Positions 16,141-25,969 of a DNA stretch of 32,000 nt are shown here, piece after piece. Within the stretch, counting starts at the first letter, position 1. Every line of letters starts with the position of its first letter. The notes under the pieces were generated by a model. That model was given only the letters and a program-made list of their open reading frames with translations. It ran no database searches and was not told the origin of the DNA. The DNA is taken from NCBI GenBank assembly GCA_004762125.1, contig SIHQ01000019.1:49201-81200 (forward strand). Reading direction: 5' to 3'. The translations under genes were made by a program, and so were the position numbers. This stretch comes from Oceanospirillales bacterium (GTDB lineage Bacteria > Pseudomonadota > Gammaproteobacteria > Pseudomonadales > Endozoicomonadaceae).

Positions 16141-16947
16141 ATGTCAGCAGGCTATCCTTCCCAAGCTCTTGATCAGGTTATTGCTGCAGCTCCCAAGCGC
16201 AGTTGGCTGGAGATTTTTTTATGGGCTGTATTTTTTCTGGTGCTTGCCTGGTCCTGGCAAGGAGCCGAAATGGCTCCACTCACTTTAATCCGTGACAGCG
16301 AGAACATGGCGACCTTTGCAGCCGACTTTTTTCCGCCGGATATGACCGAATGGCGTCTGTACATGGACGAAATGGTGGTCACCCTCCAAATCGCATTATG
16401 GGGCACTTTTCTCGCCATCATTTTTTCAATCCCCCTGGGGTTAATGAGTTCAGACAACATTGCTCCCTGGTGGGTCTGCCAGCCTGTGCGCCGCGTCATG
16501 GATTCTGCCCGAGCTATTAATGAAATGGTTTTTGCTATGGTTTTTGTGGTCGCCGTGGGTCTTGGTCCTTTCGCCGGTGTTATGGCGCTTTTTATTCATA
16601 CCACAGGCGTACTGGCCAAACTGTTTTCTGAAGCAGTAGAAGCTATTGAACCCGGCCCTGTTGAAGGTGTTCGAGCCACTGGCGCCAACATTTTTGAAGA
16701 GATTATCTACGGTGTTATTCCTCAGGTTATTCCCCTGTGGATTTCCTATTCACTGTATCGCTTCGAATCCAATGTCCGCTCAGCCACTGTCGTTGGCATG
16801 GTCGGAGCCGGTGGTATCGGCGTCATCCTCTGGGAGAGCATGCGCGGATTCCAGTTTCAGGAAACCGGTGCGGTCATGTTGATCATTATTATCTCTGTCA
16901 CCGTTCTGGACATGACATCTCAACAGTTACGTAAACGTTTTTCATAG
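16141..16947 (+). CDS. phnE: Phosphonate ABC transporter permease PhnE
   Basis: Multi-TM protein containing [26 protein letters not shown] and [17 protein letters not shown] prefer ATG 16141 (GAGAG SD upstream) to the track start at 16096. Confidence 0.88.
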   Translation: MSAGYPSQALDQVIAAAPKRSWLEIFLWAVFFLVLAWSWQGAEMAPLTLIRDSENMATFAADFFPPDMTEWRLYMDEMVVTLQIALWGTFLAIIFSIPLGLMSSDNIAPWWVCQPVRRVMDSARAINEMVFAMVFVVAVGLGPFAGVMALFIHTTGVLAKLFSEAVEAIEPGPVEGVRATGANIFEEIIYGVIPQVIPLWISYSLYRFESNVRSATVVGMVGAGGIGVILWESMRGFQFQETGAVMLIIIISVTVLDMTSQQLRKRFS

Positions 16948-17003
16948 CAGAATCGGGTCACCGCCCGCGTAACTGGAAATTGATGCAGTTCAACTGCTTC
17001 AAC

Positions 17004-17015
17004 TTGTATAGACAA
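17004..17015. promoter_or_regulatory. TTGTATAGACAA near-palindrome, candidate PhnF operator or internal promoter element upstream of phnF
   Basis: TTGTATAGACAA lies at 17004-17015, within a direct repeat of ACTTGTATA (17002-17010 and 17017-25), 34 nt upstream of ATG 17049. Its 11-nt core TGTATAGACAA differs at a single position (A vs C) from the corresponding sequence TGTCTAGACAA in the phnC-promoter palindrome. Confidence 0.4.
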
Positions 17016-17048
17016 GACTTGTATAAATGAGGAGAGCAGGGAAAAAGC

Positions 17049-17777
17049 ATGGCTATCTTTCAGAAGATTTCAGCAACCCTTGAGCGGGAGATCGAACGGT
17101 TATTGCAGCCGGGAGATTACCTGCAATCAGAGCATGAACTCTCTGATCGATTCCAGGTGAACCGGCATACCCTGCGTCGTGCCGTGGATGAATTGATCAA
17201 CAAGGGATTAATCCAACGACAGCATGGTCGCGGCATGATGGTCACCAATAAGCCTGTTTTGTATCCTCTGCACTCCAGACCCTGTTTCACAGAGAATCTA
17301 GCTAACTCAGGGAAACTGTTGCATACAAAGGTTCTCTCCTGTCGGCTAATGCCCGTCATGGATAAGCTCCGTGAAACCTTCCCTGATCCTGTTCATCAAA
17401 CCATAGAGATCATTACTCTCAGAACGATCGATGGTCAACCGGCTAGCCTTATTTGTCATACGTTGAATCTTCAAGAACATGTCAAAACACTGAAAACTTA
17501 TCAAAGTGGCTCACTGCACAGCTTTCTCAGTGAGCAATTCGACCTGACTCTAAAACGTGGTCAGGTGTTAATTCAATCTCGCATGCCCACCGAGACTGAA
17601 GCTCGTCATTTAATGCTGGGCAGAGGCATTCCCGTTTTACGTCTCGAAACTCGTAACTACGCCACCGATAACTCACACCCGAAGCACTCTCCTCAATCTG
17701 TACCTGTCGAGCTGTCTATCAGTGTCTGTCGATCAGATCTCATGCAATACACACTGGAGCCACCCAATGAACCATGA
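17049..17777 (+). CDS. phnF: GntR/HutC-family phosphonate regulator PhnF
   Basis: Carries an N-terminal winged-HTH (LQSEHELSDRFQVNRHTLRRAVDELINKGLIQRQHGRGMMV) and a UTRA-type C-terminal half. Position lies between phnE and phnG, with a GAGGAG SD. Confidence 0.88.
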   Translation: MAIFQKISATLEREIERLLQPGDYLQSEHELSDRFQVNRHTLRRAVDELINKGLIQRQHGRGMMVTNKPVLYPLHSRPCFTENLANSGKLLHTKVLSCRLMPVMDKLRETFPDPVHQTIEIITLRTIDGQPASLICHTLNLQEHVKTLKTYQSGSLHSFLSEQFDLTLKRGQVLIQSRMPTETEARHLMLGRGIPVLRLETRNYATDNSHPKHSPQSVPVELSISVCRSDLMQYTLEPPNEP

Positions 17778-18252
17778 ATACACAGAACCCAGTCAGGATC
17801 GTCAGCAGTGGTTGTCTTTAATGGCAAAAACACCACTGGAAGATCTAAAAGATCAATGGACCCATTGCCTGAAGACGACCCAGCTAATTCCAGAGAACAT
17901 AGAGCAGTATGCTCAGGCTATTCGTCCTATTCAAACCGGGCTCGTTCAGGTTAGGGGTCGTATGGGAGGTAATGGTAATCGCTTTAATGTCGGGGATATG
18001 ACGGTTACCCGTGCAGCCATTAACTGTGAAGGGTTTCAGGGATTCGGCTATATCGCGGGGCGTTCCAAGACCCATGCAAATTTGATCGCCCTGTTAGACG
18101 CTCTATTGCAGAACCCTCAATACCAGGTGGTACTGCAAAGTTCATTGCTCACACCACTTGCTGATCTCAGGCATAAGGTTTTGCAAACGAACGTTGAGAA
18201 AACCGCAGAAACCCGGGTCGAGTTTTTCACTGTCGTGCGTGGAGAAGATTGA
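17767..18252 (+). CDS. phnG: C-P lyase core complex subunit PhnG
   Basis: Position and size (161 aa from ATG 17767, overlapping the phnF stop). The C-terminal VEFFTVVRGE is PhnG-like. The track start at 17722 lies deep inside phnF. Confidence 0.85.
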   Translation: MNHEYTEPSQDRQQWLSLMAKTPLEDLKDQWTHCLKTTQLIPENIEQYAQAIRPIQTGLVQVRGRMGGNGNRFNVGDMTVTRAAINCEGFQGFGYIAGRSKTHANLIALLDALLQNPQYQVVLQSSLLTPLADLRHKVLQTNVEKTAETRVEFFTVVRGED

Positions 18253-18932
18253 TGACAACTGATAACAATGAATCCGAAGACACTTATCTGTACGCCGGAT
18301 TTTCAGATCCCGTGACTGAGGCGCAGTCTGTCTTCCGGAAAATGCTCAAAGCCATGAGCGAACCTGGAAACGTTCAGTTCATCAAAAACGGTCCAACATT
18401 AAGCAACCTCGGCAGTGCCGCTTTCTCTACTCTATTAACCCTTGCGGATAATGAAACGCCTCTCTGGTTGTCTCCAGCCTTTAATGATGAATTAACCCGT
18501 CGAAATCTGGCATTTCATTGCGGATCCTCACTGGTCGAACAATCAAAAGATGCTGCATTTATTCTGGCTGAAGGCACAACCACACTACTACCGGAAGAAT
18601 GCAATCAAGGTGACCCTGCTTGGCCAGACACTTCTGCCACAGTTCTATTGCAAGTGGATGCGATTAACCCATCTAACGACCAAGGTCAAACGCTCACCCT
18701 TAAAGGCCCAGGCATACAAACCTCTCGAACACTCACCGTTCAAGGGCTCGCACCGCAATGGTTAACCTGGCTGCAGCAACGTCATCTGAGCTTTCCCTTA
18801 GGGTTGGATCTGATACTGGTCTCCGATGCTCAAATGACCGCTCTACCTCGCAGCGTTCTCGTAACGCTTCTTGATTCAGATTCTGACGGTCAGTCTAACG
18901 AAAAGGAATTTCAAACATGTACGTTGCGGTAA
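18252..18932 (+). CDS. phnH: C-P lyase core complex subunit PhnH
   Basis: The motifs FSDPVTEAQSVFRKMLKAMSEPG and FPLGLDLILV are PhnH-like. ATGA overlap with phnG occurs at 18250-18254. Confidence 0.85.
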   Translation: MTTDNNESEDTYLYAGFSDPVTEAQSVFRKMLKAMSEPGNVQFIKNGPTLSNLGSAAFSTLLTLADNETPLWLSPAFNDELTRRNLAFHCGSSLVEQSKDAAFILAEGTTTLLPEECNQGDPAWPDTSATVLLQVDAINPSNDQGQTLTLKGPGIQTSRTLTVQGLAPQWLTWLQQRHLSFPLGLDLILVSDAQMTALPRSVLVTLLDSDSDGQSNEKEFQTCTLR

Positions 18933-20116
18933 AAGGTGGCGAGAAAGCTATAGACGCCGCCCATCGTCTGCTGGCAGAAACTCGCAGAGGTGATTTATCC
19001 GTTCCATCGTTATCGGTCAGTCAAATAAAAGAGCAGCTACCTTTTGCTGTGGATCGGGTGATGACAGAAGGCAATATCTATGACCGTGAACTGGCGGCTC
19101 TTGCCATCAAGCAATCTGCTGGGGATATGGTTGAAGCTATCTTTTTATTAAGAGCTTATCGCACCACTCTACCCCGTTTTCAAAGCAGTGATCCGGTCAA
19201 TACCAGCGAAATGTCGATCAGCCGTCGAATCTCGGCCATTTACAAAGATCTTCCCGGAGGTCAACAACTGGGCTCGACCTTTGATTACACCCACAGACTG
19301 TTGGATTTCGCTTTAATGGCGGAAGAACAATCCGGTGAATCAGATGTTATGAACAGTGACCCTACGGCAGTCGTCTCTCATTTCGACAACGTTCAGCAGG
19401 ACACTAGCGTCACATCATTAGATGAAGAGCATGAAGTCTGCCCTAAAGTCATGGCCTTACTGGAAAATGAAGGACTCATGCGACGGGAGCTCGATGACAA
19501 TTCTACCGTCACCGATATATCTCGAGATCCTGTCTCTTATCCTTGTGACCGCAGTGCACGTTTGCAATCTTTAGTGCGAGCCGATGAAGGTTTTCTGCTC
19601 TCTCTAGGGTATTCCACCCAGCGTGGTTACGGACGAAACCACCCCTTCTCCGGAGAAATTCGTACCGGAAATGTCTCTGTATCCATCGTGCCAGAGGAGC
19701 TGGGTTTTGCCATTGATATTGGCGAAATCGAATTGACCGAATGTGAAATGGTCACCGGCTTTGATGTTCAAGACGATGCAGCAAAAGACAATAACAAACC
19801 AAGCGATGCACAGTTCACTCGAGGTTATGGCTTGGTGTTTGGTGCGGCAGAGCGCAAAGCCATGGCCATAGCTCTGGTGGACCGAGCGCTTCAGTGCAAC
19901 GACTATGGCGAGTCTCCGGATTCACCGGCACAACAAGAAGAATTTGTATTGAGCCACTGTGATAACGTAGAAGCAGCCGGTTTCCTTTCCCATTTGAAGC
20001 TCCCTCACTATGTGGACTTTCAGTCAGAGCTGGAATTACTGCGCAACTTACGTAATAAGTCGCGTAGTGAATCGCAAAGTAAGTCTCGAAATGAAGGCAC
20101 GGAGAAGCAGCCATGA
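18917..20116 (+). CDS. phnI: C-P lyase core complex subunit PhnI
   Basis: Begins MYVAVKGGEKAIDAAH, matching E. coli PhnI at 15 of the first 16 residues (Ile-for-Leu at position 12). Also contains YSTQRGYGRNHPF.GEIR and FTRGYGLVFG. It has a longer acidic linker and a Ser/Lys-rich tail compared with E. coli. Confidence 0.92.
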   Translation: MYVAVKGGEKAIDAAHRLLAETRRGDLSVPSLSVSQIKEQLPFAVDRVMTEGNIYDRELAALAIKQSAGDMVEAIFLLRAYRTTLPRFQSSDPVNTSEMSISRRISAIYKDLPGGQQLGSTFDYTHRLLDFALMAEEQSGESDVMNSDPTAVVSHFDNVQQDTSVTSLDEEHEVCPKVMALLENEGLMRRELDDNSTVTDISRDPVSYPCDRSARLQSLVRADEGFLLSLGYSTQRGYGRNHPFSGEIRTGNVSVSIVPEELGFAIDIGEIELTECEMVTGFDVQDDAAKDNNKPSDAQFTRGYGLVFGAAERKAMAIALVDRALQCNDYGESPDSPAQQEEFVLSHCDNVEAAGFLSHLKLPHYVDFQSELELLRNLRNKSRSESQSKSRNEGTEKQP

Positions 20117-20991
20117 ACGGTTATAACTTTGCTTATCTGGATGAACAAACCAAACGAATGCTTCGCCGGGCATTACTGAAAGCGGTAGCCATTCCTGGGT
20201 ATCAAGTGCCCTTTGGTGGTCGTGAAATGCCCATGCCTTACGGCTGGGGCACAGGAGGCATTCAGGTCACTGCTGCAGTTATTGGTTCGGAAGATACTTT
20301 AAAAGTCATTGACCAAGGTGCGGATGATACGACAAATGCCGTCAGCATCCGTCGGTTCTTTGCTCGTACCACGGGTGTTGAAACCACTGAAAAAACAGCA
20401 GATGCCACTATTATTCAGACCCGCCATCGCATTCCCGAGCAACCGTTGACCAATGATCAGATTTTGGTTTATCAGGTGCCCATTCCTGAGCCTTTGCGAT
20501 TCATTGAACCCAGCGAACAGGAAACACGACAAATGCATGCGCTGGAAGAGTACGGCGTTATGCACGTCAAACTCTACGAAGACATTGCCCGTCATGGGCA
20601 CATAGCGACTACCTATGCCTATCCAGTCAAGGTGAACGATCGTTATGTGATGGATCCTTCACCTATTCCCAAGTTCGATAACCCAAAGTTGCATCAGAAT
20701 CCGGCCTTGCAACTCTTTGGTGCCGGGCGTGAAAAGCGCATCTATGCGCTACCACCGTGGACCAACGTGAAAAGTCTCGACTTTGAAGACTATCCCTTCG
20801 AAGTCCAACAATGGGACGATAATTGCACCCTTTGCGGCAGCGACAACAGTTTTCTGGACGAAGTTCTCATCGATGACAAAGGTGGGCGCATGTTTATCTG
20901 CTCGGACACCGATTACTGCCGCCAAAGGCGTGAACCAGACAATCAGCCACCGCAGAAAAGACCGCTGAATCAAAAAGAGGAGCGAGTATGA
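20113..20991 (+). CDS. phnJ: C-P lyase catalytic radical-SAM-type subunit PhnJ
   Basis: Begins YNFAYLDEQTKRMLRRALLKAVAIPGYQVPF. The C-terminal Cys cluster is CTLCGS...FICSDTDYC. ATGA coupling occurs at both ends. Confidence 0.92.
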   Translation: MNGYNFAYLDEQTKRMLRRALLKAVAIPGYQVPFGGREMPMPYGWGTGGIQVTAAVIGSEDTLKVIDQGADDTTNAVSIRRFFARTTGVETTEKTADATIIQTRHRIPEQPLTNDQILVYQVPIPEPLRFIEPSEQETRQMHALEEYGVMHVKLYEDIARHGHIATTYAYPVKVNDRYVMDPSPIPKFDNPKLHQNPALQLFGAGREKRIYALPPWTNVKSLDFEDYPFEVQQWDDNCTLCGSDNSFLDEVLIDDKGGRMFICSDTDYCRQRREPDNQPPQKRPLNQKEERV

Positions 20992-21800
20992 ATCCTCATC
21001 AGAATACGCTTGCCGTTACGGACGACACTCAGAACGCCCTGCTTCGAGCAAAAAATATTACCCGTCTGTACTCCTCGGGAAAAGGCTGCCGAGAGATCAA
21101 CTTCGACCTTTGTCCGGGAGAAGTTCTGGGCATTGTAGGGGAATCCGGTTCAGGGAAAACAACACTGCTGAATGTCCTGTCTGGTCAGCATAAACCCGAC
21201 AGTGGTCAGGTGCTTTATACCAATAAAAAGGGTGATGCGATGGATCTTTATGGTCTGTCAGAATCCAGAAGACGACATCTACTGCGTACAGAGTGGGGCA
21301 TGGTGCATCAGCATGCACGAGACGGTTTGCGCATGAATGTGTCGGCCGGTGCCAATATTGGGGAACGGTTGATGGCTGTGGGTCAACGTCATTACGGTGA
21401 TTTGCGACAAACCGGTCAACAGTGGCTCACCGATGTGGATATGGAACCAGGACTGATTGATTCAGCTCCGTCAACATTCTCAGGCGGGATGCAACAACGT
21501 CTCCAGATTGCCCGTAATCTCGTTACCGGACCTCGTCTGGTCTTTATGGACGAACCTACTGGCGGACTGGATGTTTCTGTACAGGCCAGATTGCTGGATT
21601 TATTACGCAGTCTGGTGGTGGAGCTGGGCTTGTCGGCCATCATCGTTACTCATGATTTAGCTGTAGCGCGGCTTCTGGCCCACCAGCTGGTAGTGATGAA
21701 AGACGGATTGATTATCGAGCAGGGACTGACGGATCAGGTGTTGGACGATCCGCAACATCCCTACACACAACTGCTGGTTTCTTCGGTACTCACGCCATGA
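20988..21800 (+). CDS. phnK: C-P lyase ATP-binding subunit PhnK
   Basis: ABC-type NBD with [24 protein letters not shown] and [11 protein letters not shown]. Position follows phnJ. Confidence 0.9.
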   Translation: MNPHQNTLAVTDDTQNALLRAKNITRLYSSGKGCREINFDLCPGEVLGIVGESGSGKTTLLNVLSGQHKPDSGQVLYTNKKGDAMDLYGLSESRRRHLLRTEWGMVHQHARDGLRMNVSAGANIGERLMAVGQRHYGDLRQTGQQWLTDVDMEPGLIDSAPSTFSGGMQQRLQIARNLVTGPRLVFMDEPTGGLDVSVQARLLDLLRSLVVELGLSAIIVTHDLAVARLLAHQLVVMKDGLIIEQGLTDQVLDDPQHPYTQLLVSSVLTP

Positions 21801-22534
21801 CGACAGATTTGCATTACTCATCCTCGGACTCTTCCTTGAGAGTGGACGTCCAAAATCTGTGCAAGACTTTTGTGCTTCATAATCAAGGTCAGGCGCAGAT
21901 CCCGGTTCTGCAGAATATAAACCTGCAAGTGTTTGAAGGCGAGTGTCTGGTACTCAGCGGGCCTTCCGGAACCGGCAAGAGCACCCTACTCCGCACGCTT
22001 TATGGCAACTACCGTATTGGCAGTGGGCAGGTACGCATTCTTGGCCACCACGGCTGGACTGACCTGACCTCTGCAGCTCATAGAGAGATTAACCATCTGC
22101 GTCGCCATAGCCTCGGTTATGTCAGCCAGTTCCTTCGGGTCATTCCCCGAGTATCAGCTCTGGAAGTCACCATGCAGCCTCTATTGGAACAGGGGGAAAA
22201 CAAAACATTCGCCCGTGAAAAAGCCATTCATTTACTGACCTGCCTGAACGTACCCGAGCAGCTTTGGTCTTTACCGCCTGCGACGTTTTCTGGTGGTGAA
22301 CAACAACGGGTCAATATTGCCAGAGGATTTATGTTGGATTACCCAGTGATGCTGCTGGATGAACCTACTGCATCACTGGACAGTAAAAACAGCGATGTTG
22401 TCGTTGATCTAATCAATCAGGCCAAAGCCCGGGGAGCTGCAATTGTGGGTATTTTCCATGATGAAGAAGTGCGCAACAGAGTGGCAGACCGAGCTTTTAA
22501 TTTTGAGCAAACCGATCTTCAACCCCAGATATAA
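21797..22534 (+). CDS. phnL: C-P lyase ATP-binding subunit PhnL
   Basis: ABC-type NBD with [24 protein letters not shown] and [11 protein letters not shown]. Position follows phnK. Confidence 0.9.
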   Translation: MTTDLHYSSSDSSLRVDVQNLCKTFVLHNQGQAQIPVLQNINLQVFEGECLVLSGPSGTGKSTLLRTLYGNYRIGSGQVRILGHHGWTDLTSAAHREINHLRRHSLGYVSQFLRVIPRVSALEVTMQPLLEQGENKTFAREKAIHLLTCLNVPEQLWSLPPATFSGGEQQRVNIARGFMLDYPVMLLDEPTASLDSKNSDVVVDLINQAKARGAAIVGIFHDEEVRNRVADRAFNFEQTDLQPQI

Positions 22535-22558
22535 ATGCAACGATAAAAGGACTTCCTC

Positions 22559-23689
22559 ATGTTGCTGACGAACGCACAACTGGTGCTTGAAAATGAAATC
22601 ATTCAAGGTACTCTTCTGATTAAAGATGGCTTGATTAAAGACATCAGTGAAGGTCGCACAAGCTTGCCAGAGGCCATTGATTGCGAGGGTGATTACCTAC
22701 TGCCCGGTCTAGTGGAACTTCACACCGATAATATGGAAAAGCATTTCAGTCCGCGACCTGGTGTCGATTGGCCTTCACGCTCGGCCTTTTATAATCACGA
22801 TGCACAAATGATTGCTGCCGGTATCACCACGACCTTTGACGCCTTATCCATTGGTGATGTAGCTGAAAACAGTATCCGCTTACGCAATTTGACCCGAATG
22901 GCCGAAGCCGTAAACAATCATCGTTCAAGTGCTCGATCAGACCATTTGCTGCATCTGCGCTGTGAAGTCAGCCATGCAGATACTCTTGAACGCTTCTTCC
23001 AACTGGCTGATACACCCAACGTACGACTAGTCTCTGTTATGGATCACTCTCCTGGTCAGAGGCAGTTCACTCGACTGGACAAGTACAAAGAGTATTATCA
23101 AGGTAAATACGGTTTGAGTGACGCCCAGCTAGAGGAGTTCATCAGTAGCCAAACCGAATCCAGTAAACTATACAGTGACCGTTATAGAAATCAGATTTGT
23201 ACAGCCAGTCGTAGCAGAAATATTGCATTGGCCAGTCATGATGATGCAACCCGTGAACACGTTCGCGAAGCGGTTGATCTTGGATTGTCTATCGCCGAAT
23301 TCCCTACATCTCTTGAGGCTGCAAGAGCTTCACACGAAAATGGACTGGCTGTATTGATGGGATCCCCCAATGTCGTTCGTGGAGGTTCTCACTCAGGCAA
23401 CATTGCCGCCCACACCCTTGCCGCAGAAGGCATTCTTGACATTTTGTCCAGTGACTACGTACCAGCCAGCCTGCTTTGGTCCGCCTTTCTTCTTGTAGCC
23501 CGAGAAGACAATCAACTGGATCTACCTGCCGCTATACGAATGGCGTCTGCTACACCGGCTGCAGCTGTTGGTTTGAATGATAGAGGGCGTCTCGCTTCAG
23601 GATTACGGGGTGATTTGATTCGCGTACAACAAGAGGATGCTTATCCAAGAATAAAATCTGTCTGGAGTCAGGGAGAAAGGACATTCTGA
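22559..23689 (+). CDS. phnM: PhnM, RPnTP diphosphatase (amidohydrolase superfamily)
   Basis: The N-terminus (LVLENEIIQGTL...LLPGLVELHTDNMEKHFSPRPGVDWP) is colinear with E. coli PhnM (LVLENEVVSGSL...LLPGLIELHTDNLDKFFTPRPKVDWP). Confidence 0.92.
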   Translation: MLLTNAQLVLENEIIQGTLLIKDGLIKDISEGRTSLPEAIDCEGDYLLPGLVELHTDNMEKHFSPRPGVDWPSRSAFYNHDAQMIAAGITTTFDALSIGDVAENSIRLRNLTRMAEAVNNHRSSARSDHLLHLRCEVSHADTLERFFQLADTPNVRLVSVMDHSPGQRQFTRLDKYKEYYQGKYGLSDAQLEEFISSQTESSKLYSDRYRNQICTASRSRNIALASHDDATREHVREAVDLGLSIAEFPTSLEAARASHENGLAVLMGSPNVVRGGSHSGNIAAHTLAAEGILDILSSDYVPASLLWSAFLLVAREDNQLDLPAAIRMASATPAAAVGLNDRGRLASGLRGDLIRVQQEDAYPRIKSVWSQGERTF

Positions 23690-24951
23690 TGACAAGTAAT
23701 AAGCACATCATCACACCGTCTTACCCCCTGCAAACTGAAGCAGCTAATGAGCAGGAAACCTGTATAAAAAAACAGAGGACAGGTACTATTTTCTTTCTTA
23801 TAGGTGCTTCTGGAGCAGGTAAAGACAGTGTTCTTCGGGCGCTACGACCACGTATCGAAGGATATCCTGTGGTTTGTCTGCACCGCTATATTACTAGGGA
23901 TGTTGATGCAGGAGATGAGAACCATATATCCCTGACTCAGGAAGAGTTCAGGTTTCGGGAACAGTCCGATCTTTTTGCTCTTAGCTGGCAAGCAAATGAT
24001 CAGCTCTACGGCATTGGTGCTGAACTCGACACCATGCTGGATAAAGGTATCTCGGTGCTTCTTAACGGTTCCCGTGGTTTTCTTAAGGAAGCTCGTAACC
24101 GTTATCCCGAACAACTGATTCCCATCCTGATTACCACATCTGAGAATATCCTCTACGAACGCTTGCAACAAAGAGGGCGGGAAAGTTCAGAAGCCATTAA
24201 AGCTCGCTTAAAACGAGCACGGGAACAACATCTGGAATTGATCAGAGACACCAACAGAAAACTGGTTTCTTTTGATAACAGTGGCTCTTTAAAAAAAACG
24301 ACAGATCAGGTTTTTCAATGGCTTCTAGGACAACCTGCTATTACAGAAAGCGCTCTGATTTCAGATACTATTGAAAACCGAGTAGACACTATTTTTTCCC
24401 TGTTTGAAAAATGGGGACATGAACATTACGGCGAAGAGATCAGTCAGCTTTCTCACGCTCTGCAAGCGGCAGAACTGGCTAAAAACAACGAGCATTCAGA
24501 AGAAATCATTCTCGCCGCATTCCTTCATGATATTGGGCATTTACTGGTTTTGGACAAGCATCCACAGTTCAGTGAACAATGTAGGTTACGCCATGACCAA
24601 ACAGGCGCTCGTTATCTCAAAGAAATGGGTTTCAGTAGTAAGGTAACAAGCCCTGTAGCTGGACATGTCGCCGCCAAGCGTTATCTCTGTGCTGTTAAAC
24701 CGAGCTATGCCGAGTCTTTGTCCAAAGCCAGTAAAGAGTCCCTCGCTTTTCAGGGCGGCCCGATGTCACAGGATGACGCTAGCCAGTTTGCTACACGTCC
24801 CGATCTCGAAGACATTCTTGCCCTGCGCCACTGGGATGAACAAGCTAAAGAAACGAGCTTTACCATGGGCTGCACGCAATGGCTAAAAGACATGATGGTA
24901 CGACACCTTTATAACAACTGTAACAATCAGGGTATTTCGGATTTTGCCTGA
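23689..24951 (+). CDS. phnN: Fusion protein: PhnN (ribose 1,5-bisphosphate phosphokinase) N-terminal half + PhnZ/TIGR03276-type HD-domain C-terminal half
   Basis: 420 aa. Residues ~30-215 carry a P-loop (GASGAGKDSVLRAL) and guanylate-kinase-like PhnN features. Residues ~225-420 show the His/Asp ladder of the phosphonate-associated HD family: QLSHALQ...FLHDIGH...RHDQTG...AGHVAAKRYL...LRHWDEQAK. ATGA coupling with phnM. Confidence 0.85.
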   Translation: MTSNKHIITPSYPLQTEAANEQETCIKKQRTGTIFFLIGASGAGKDSVLRALRPRIEGYPVVCLHRYITRDVDAGDENHISLTQEEFRFREQSDLFALSWQANDQLYGIGAELDTMLDKGISVLLNGSRGFLKEARNRYPEQLIPILITTSENILYERLQQRGRESSEAIKARLKRAREQHLELIRDTNRKLVSFDNSGSLKKTTDQVFQWLLGQPAITESALISDTIENRVDTIFSLFEKWGHEHYGEEISQLSHALQAAELAKNNEHSEEIILAAFLHDIGHLLVLDKHPQFSEQCRLRHDQTGARYLKEMGFSSKVTSPVAGHVAAKRYLCAVKPSYAESLSKASKESLAFQGGPMSQDDASQFATRPDLEDILALRHWDEQAKETSFTMGCTQWLKDMMVRHLYNNCNNQGISDFA

Positions 24952-25723
24952 ACTTAAACTCACACTTCTAGGAACAGGCTGTGCCGGTGGCATGCCTGTT
25001 TATGGTTGCCACTGTCAGGCTTGTGTCAGATCTCGTCAGCAAACCGATAAACAACGTAAGCAGTGCACTGCCCTGATTGAAGCGGGAGAAACACGGCTAC
25101 TGTTGGACGCAGGTCTTCATGATTTGCCAGCACGGTTTCCACCCGGTTCATTATCCGCGATTCTACTGACTCATTATCATGTAGATCATGTGCAGGGGTT
25201 ATTCCACTGGCGATGGGGCCGCGCTGATAAGCTTGCTGTTTATGGCCCGAAAGACTCTGAAGGTTGTGCAGATTTGCTCAAACATCCGGGTTTTTTTGAT
25301 TTCAACCAGACTCTTTCGCCCTTTCAGACAATCACATGGGGAGACGACAGCAATAAGCTTTCTGTGACACCGTTGCCATTAACTCATTCCAAACCGGTGT
25401 TCGGTTACTGTATCGAAAACAGAGCCGGAACTATCGCATACCTTACAGACACTATTGGTTTACCTGAAGAAACACGGCGATGGTTAAAAACAAAAAAAAT
25501 TGATTCGTTGATTCTGGATTGCACCCATTCACCAGCCATCAAGCATCCACGAAACCATAATAATCTGGATATGGCTATTGCCATTCACAACGACCTGCAA
25601 CCAGACAACACCATTCTGACCCACATCAGTGATGAGCTGGACTGCTGGTTGATGGATAATGAACAGGGTCTTCCTAATGGTATAAGTGTTGGTTTTGATA
25701 CGCTGAAGATCAATCTGAAATAA
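24944..25723 (+). CDS. phnP: PhnP, phosphoribosyl 1,2-cyclic phosphate phosphodiesterase (metallo-beta-lactamase fold)
   Basis: Contains LTLLGTGCAGGMPVYGCHCQAC (Cys-rich Zn site) and LTHYHVDHVQGL (the HxHxDH motif). The TTG start at 24944 overlaps the phnN stop by 8 nt. Confidence 0.88.
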   Translation: MPELKLTLLGTGCAGGMPVYGCHCQACVRSRQQTDKQRKQCTALIEAGETRLLLDAGLHDLPARFPPGSLSAILLTHYHVDHVQGLFHWRWGRADKLAVYGPKDSEGCADLLKHPGFFDFNQTLSPFQTITWGDDSNKLSVTPLPLTHSKPVFGYCIENRAGTIAYLTDTIGLPEETRRWLKTKKIDSLILDCTHSPAIKHPRNHNNLDMAIAIHNDLQPDNTILTHISDELDCWLMDNEQGLPNGISVGFDTLKINLK

Positions 25724-25969
25724 CAATCAATCAAAGCTATTTAGCTAAGAACTCACAATCAGCTCGATACTCTCAACGCATTTTTCTAATATAGCCAAAT
25801 ACAAATCAAATAGATCCAGCATCAGAGAGAGCCTTGCCCGATCAGTTAAAAAAACAAGTTAATGCAGCAGCAAAACTAACAACATACGAAAGCTTTGCTA
25901 AATTTAGCCATTCGGATATAAAAGCAATGGCTGAATACAAAAAGAGCAAAGCTGAAATATCAGACAGGA

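Noticed and set aside
3421-24886. Many antisense or out-of-frame ORFs of 60-140 aa nested inside the large genes (for example 3421-3708, 5257-5679, 6313-6681, 7561-7917, 9049-9237, 16173-16499, 19815-20114, 23842-24171, 24404-24886)
   Set aside because: Each lies wholly within a longer ORF that has clear family motifs, and their translations are compositionally odd. They are shadow ORFs.
24361-24951. The HD domain as evidence for a complete oxidative PhnY/PhnZ phosphonate pathway
   Set aside because: No PhnY-like 2-oxoglutarate/Fe(II) dioxygenase gene and no 2-AEP transaminase gene is present in the window. The domain is fused to PhnN within a C-P lyase operon.
12900-25800. Calling the orphan + phn block a mobile genomic island
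   Set aside because: There is no integrase, transposase, tRNA target, flanking direct repeats or phage/conjugation gene in or beside it. The truncated TRAP gene is the only evidence, so I report a rearrangement scar and not an island.
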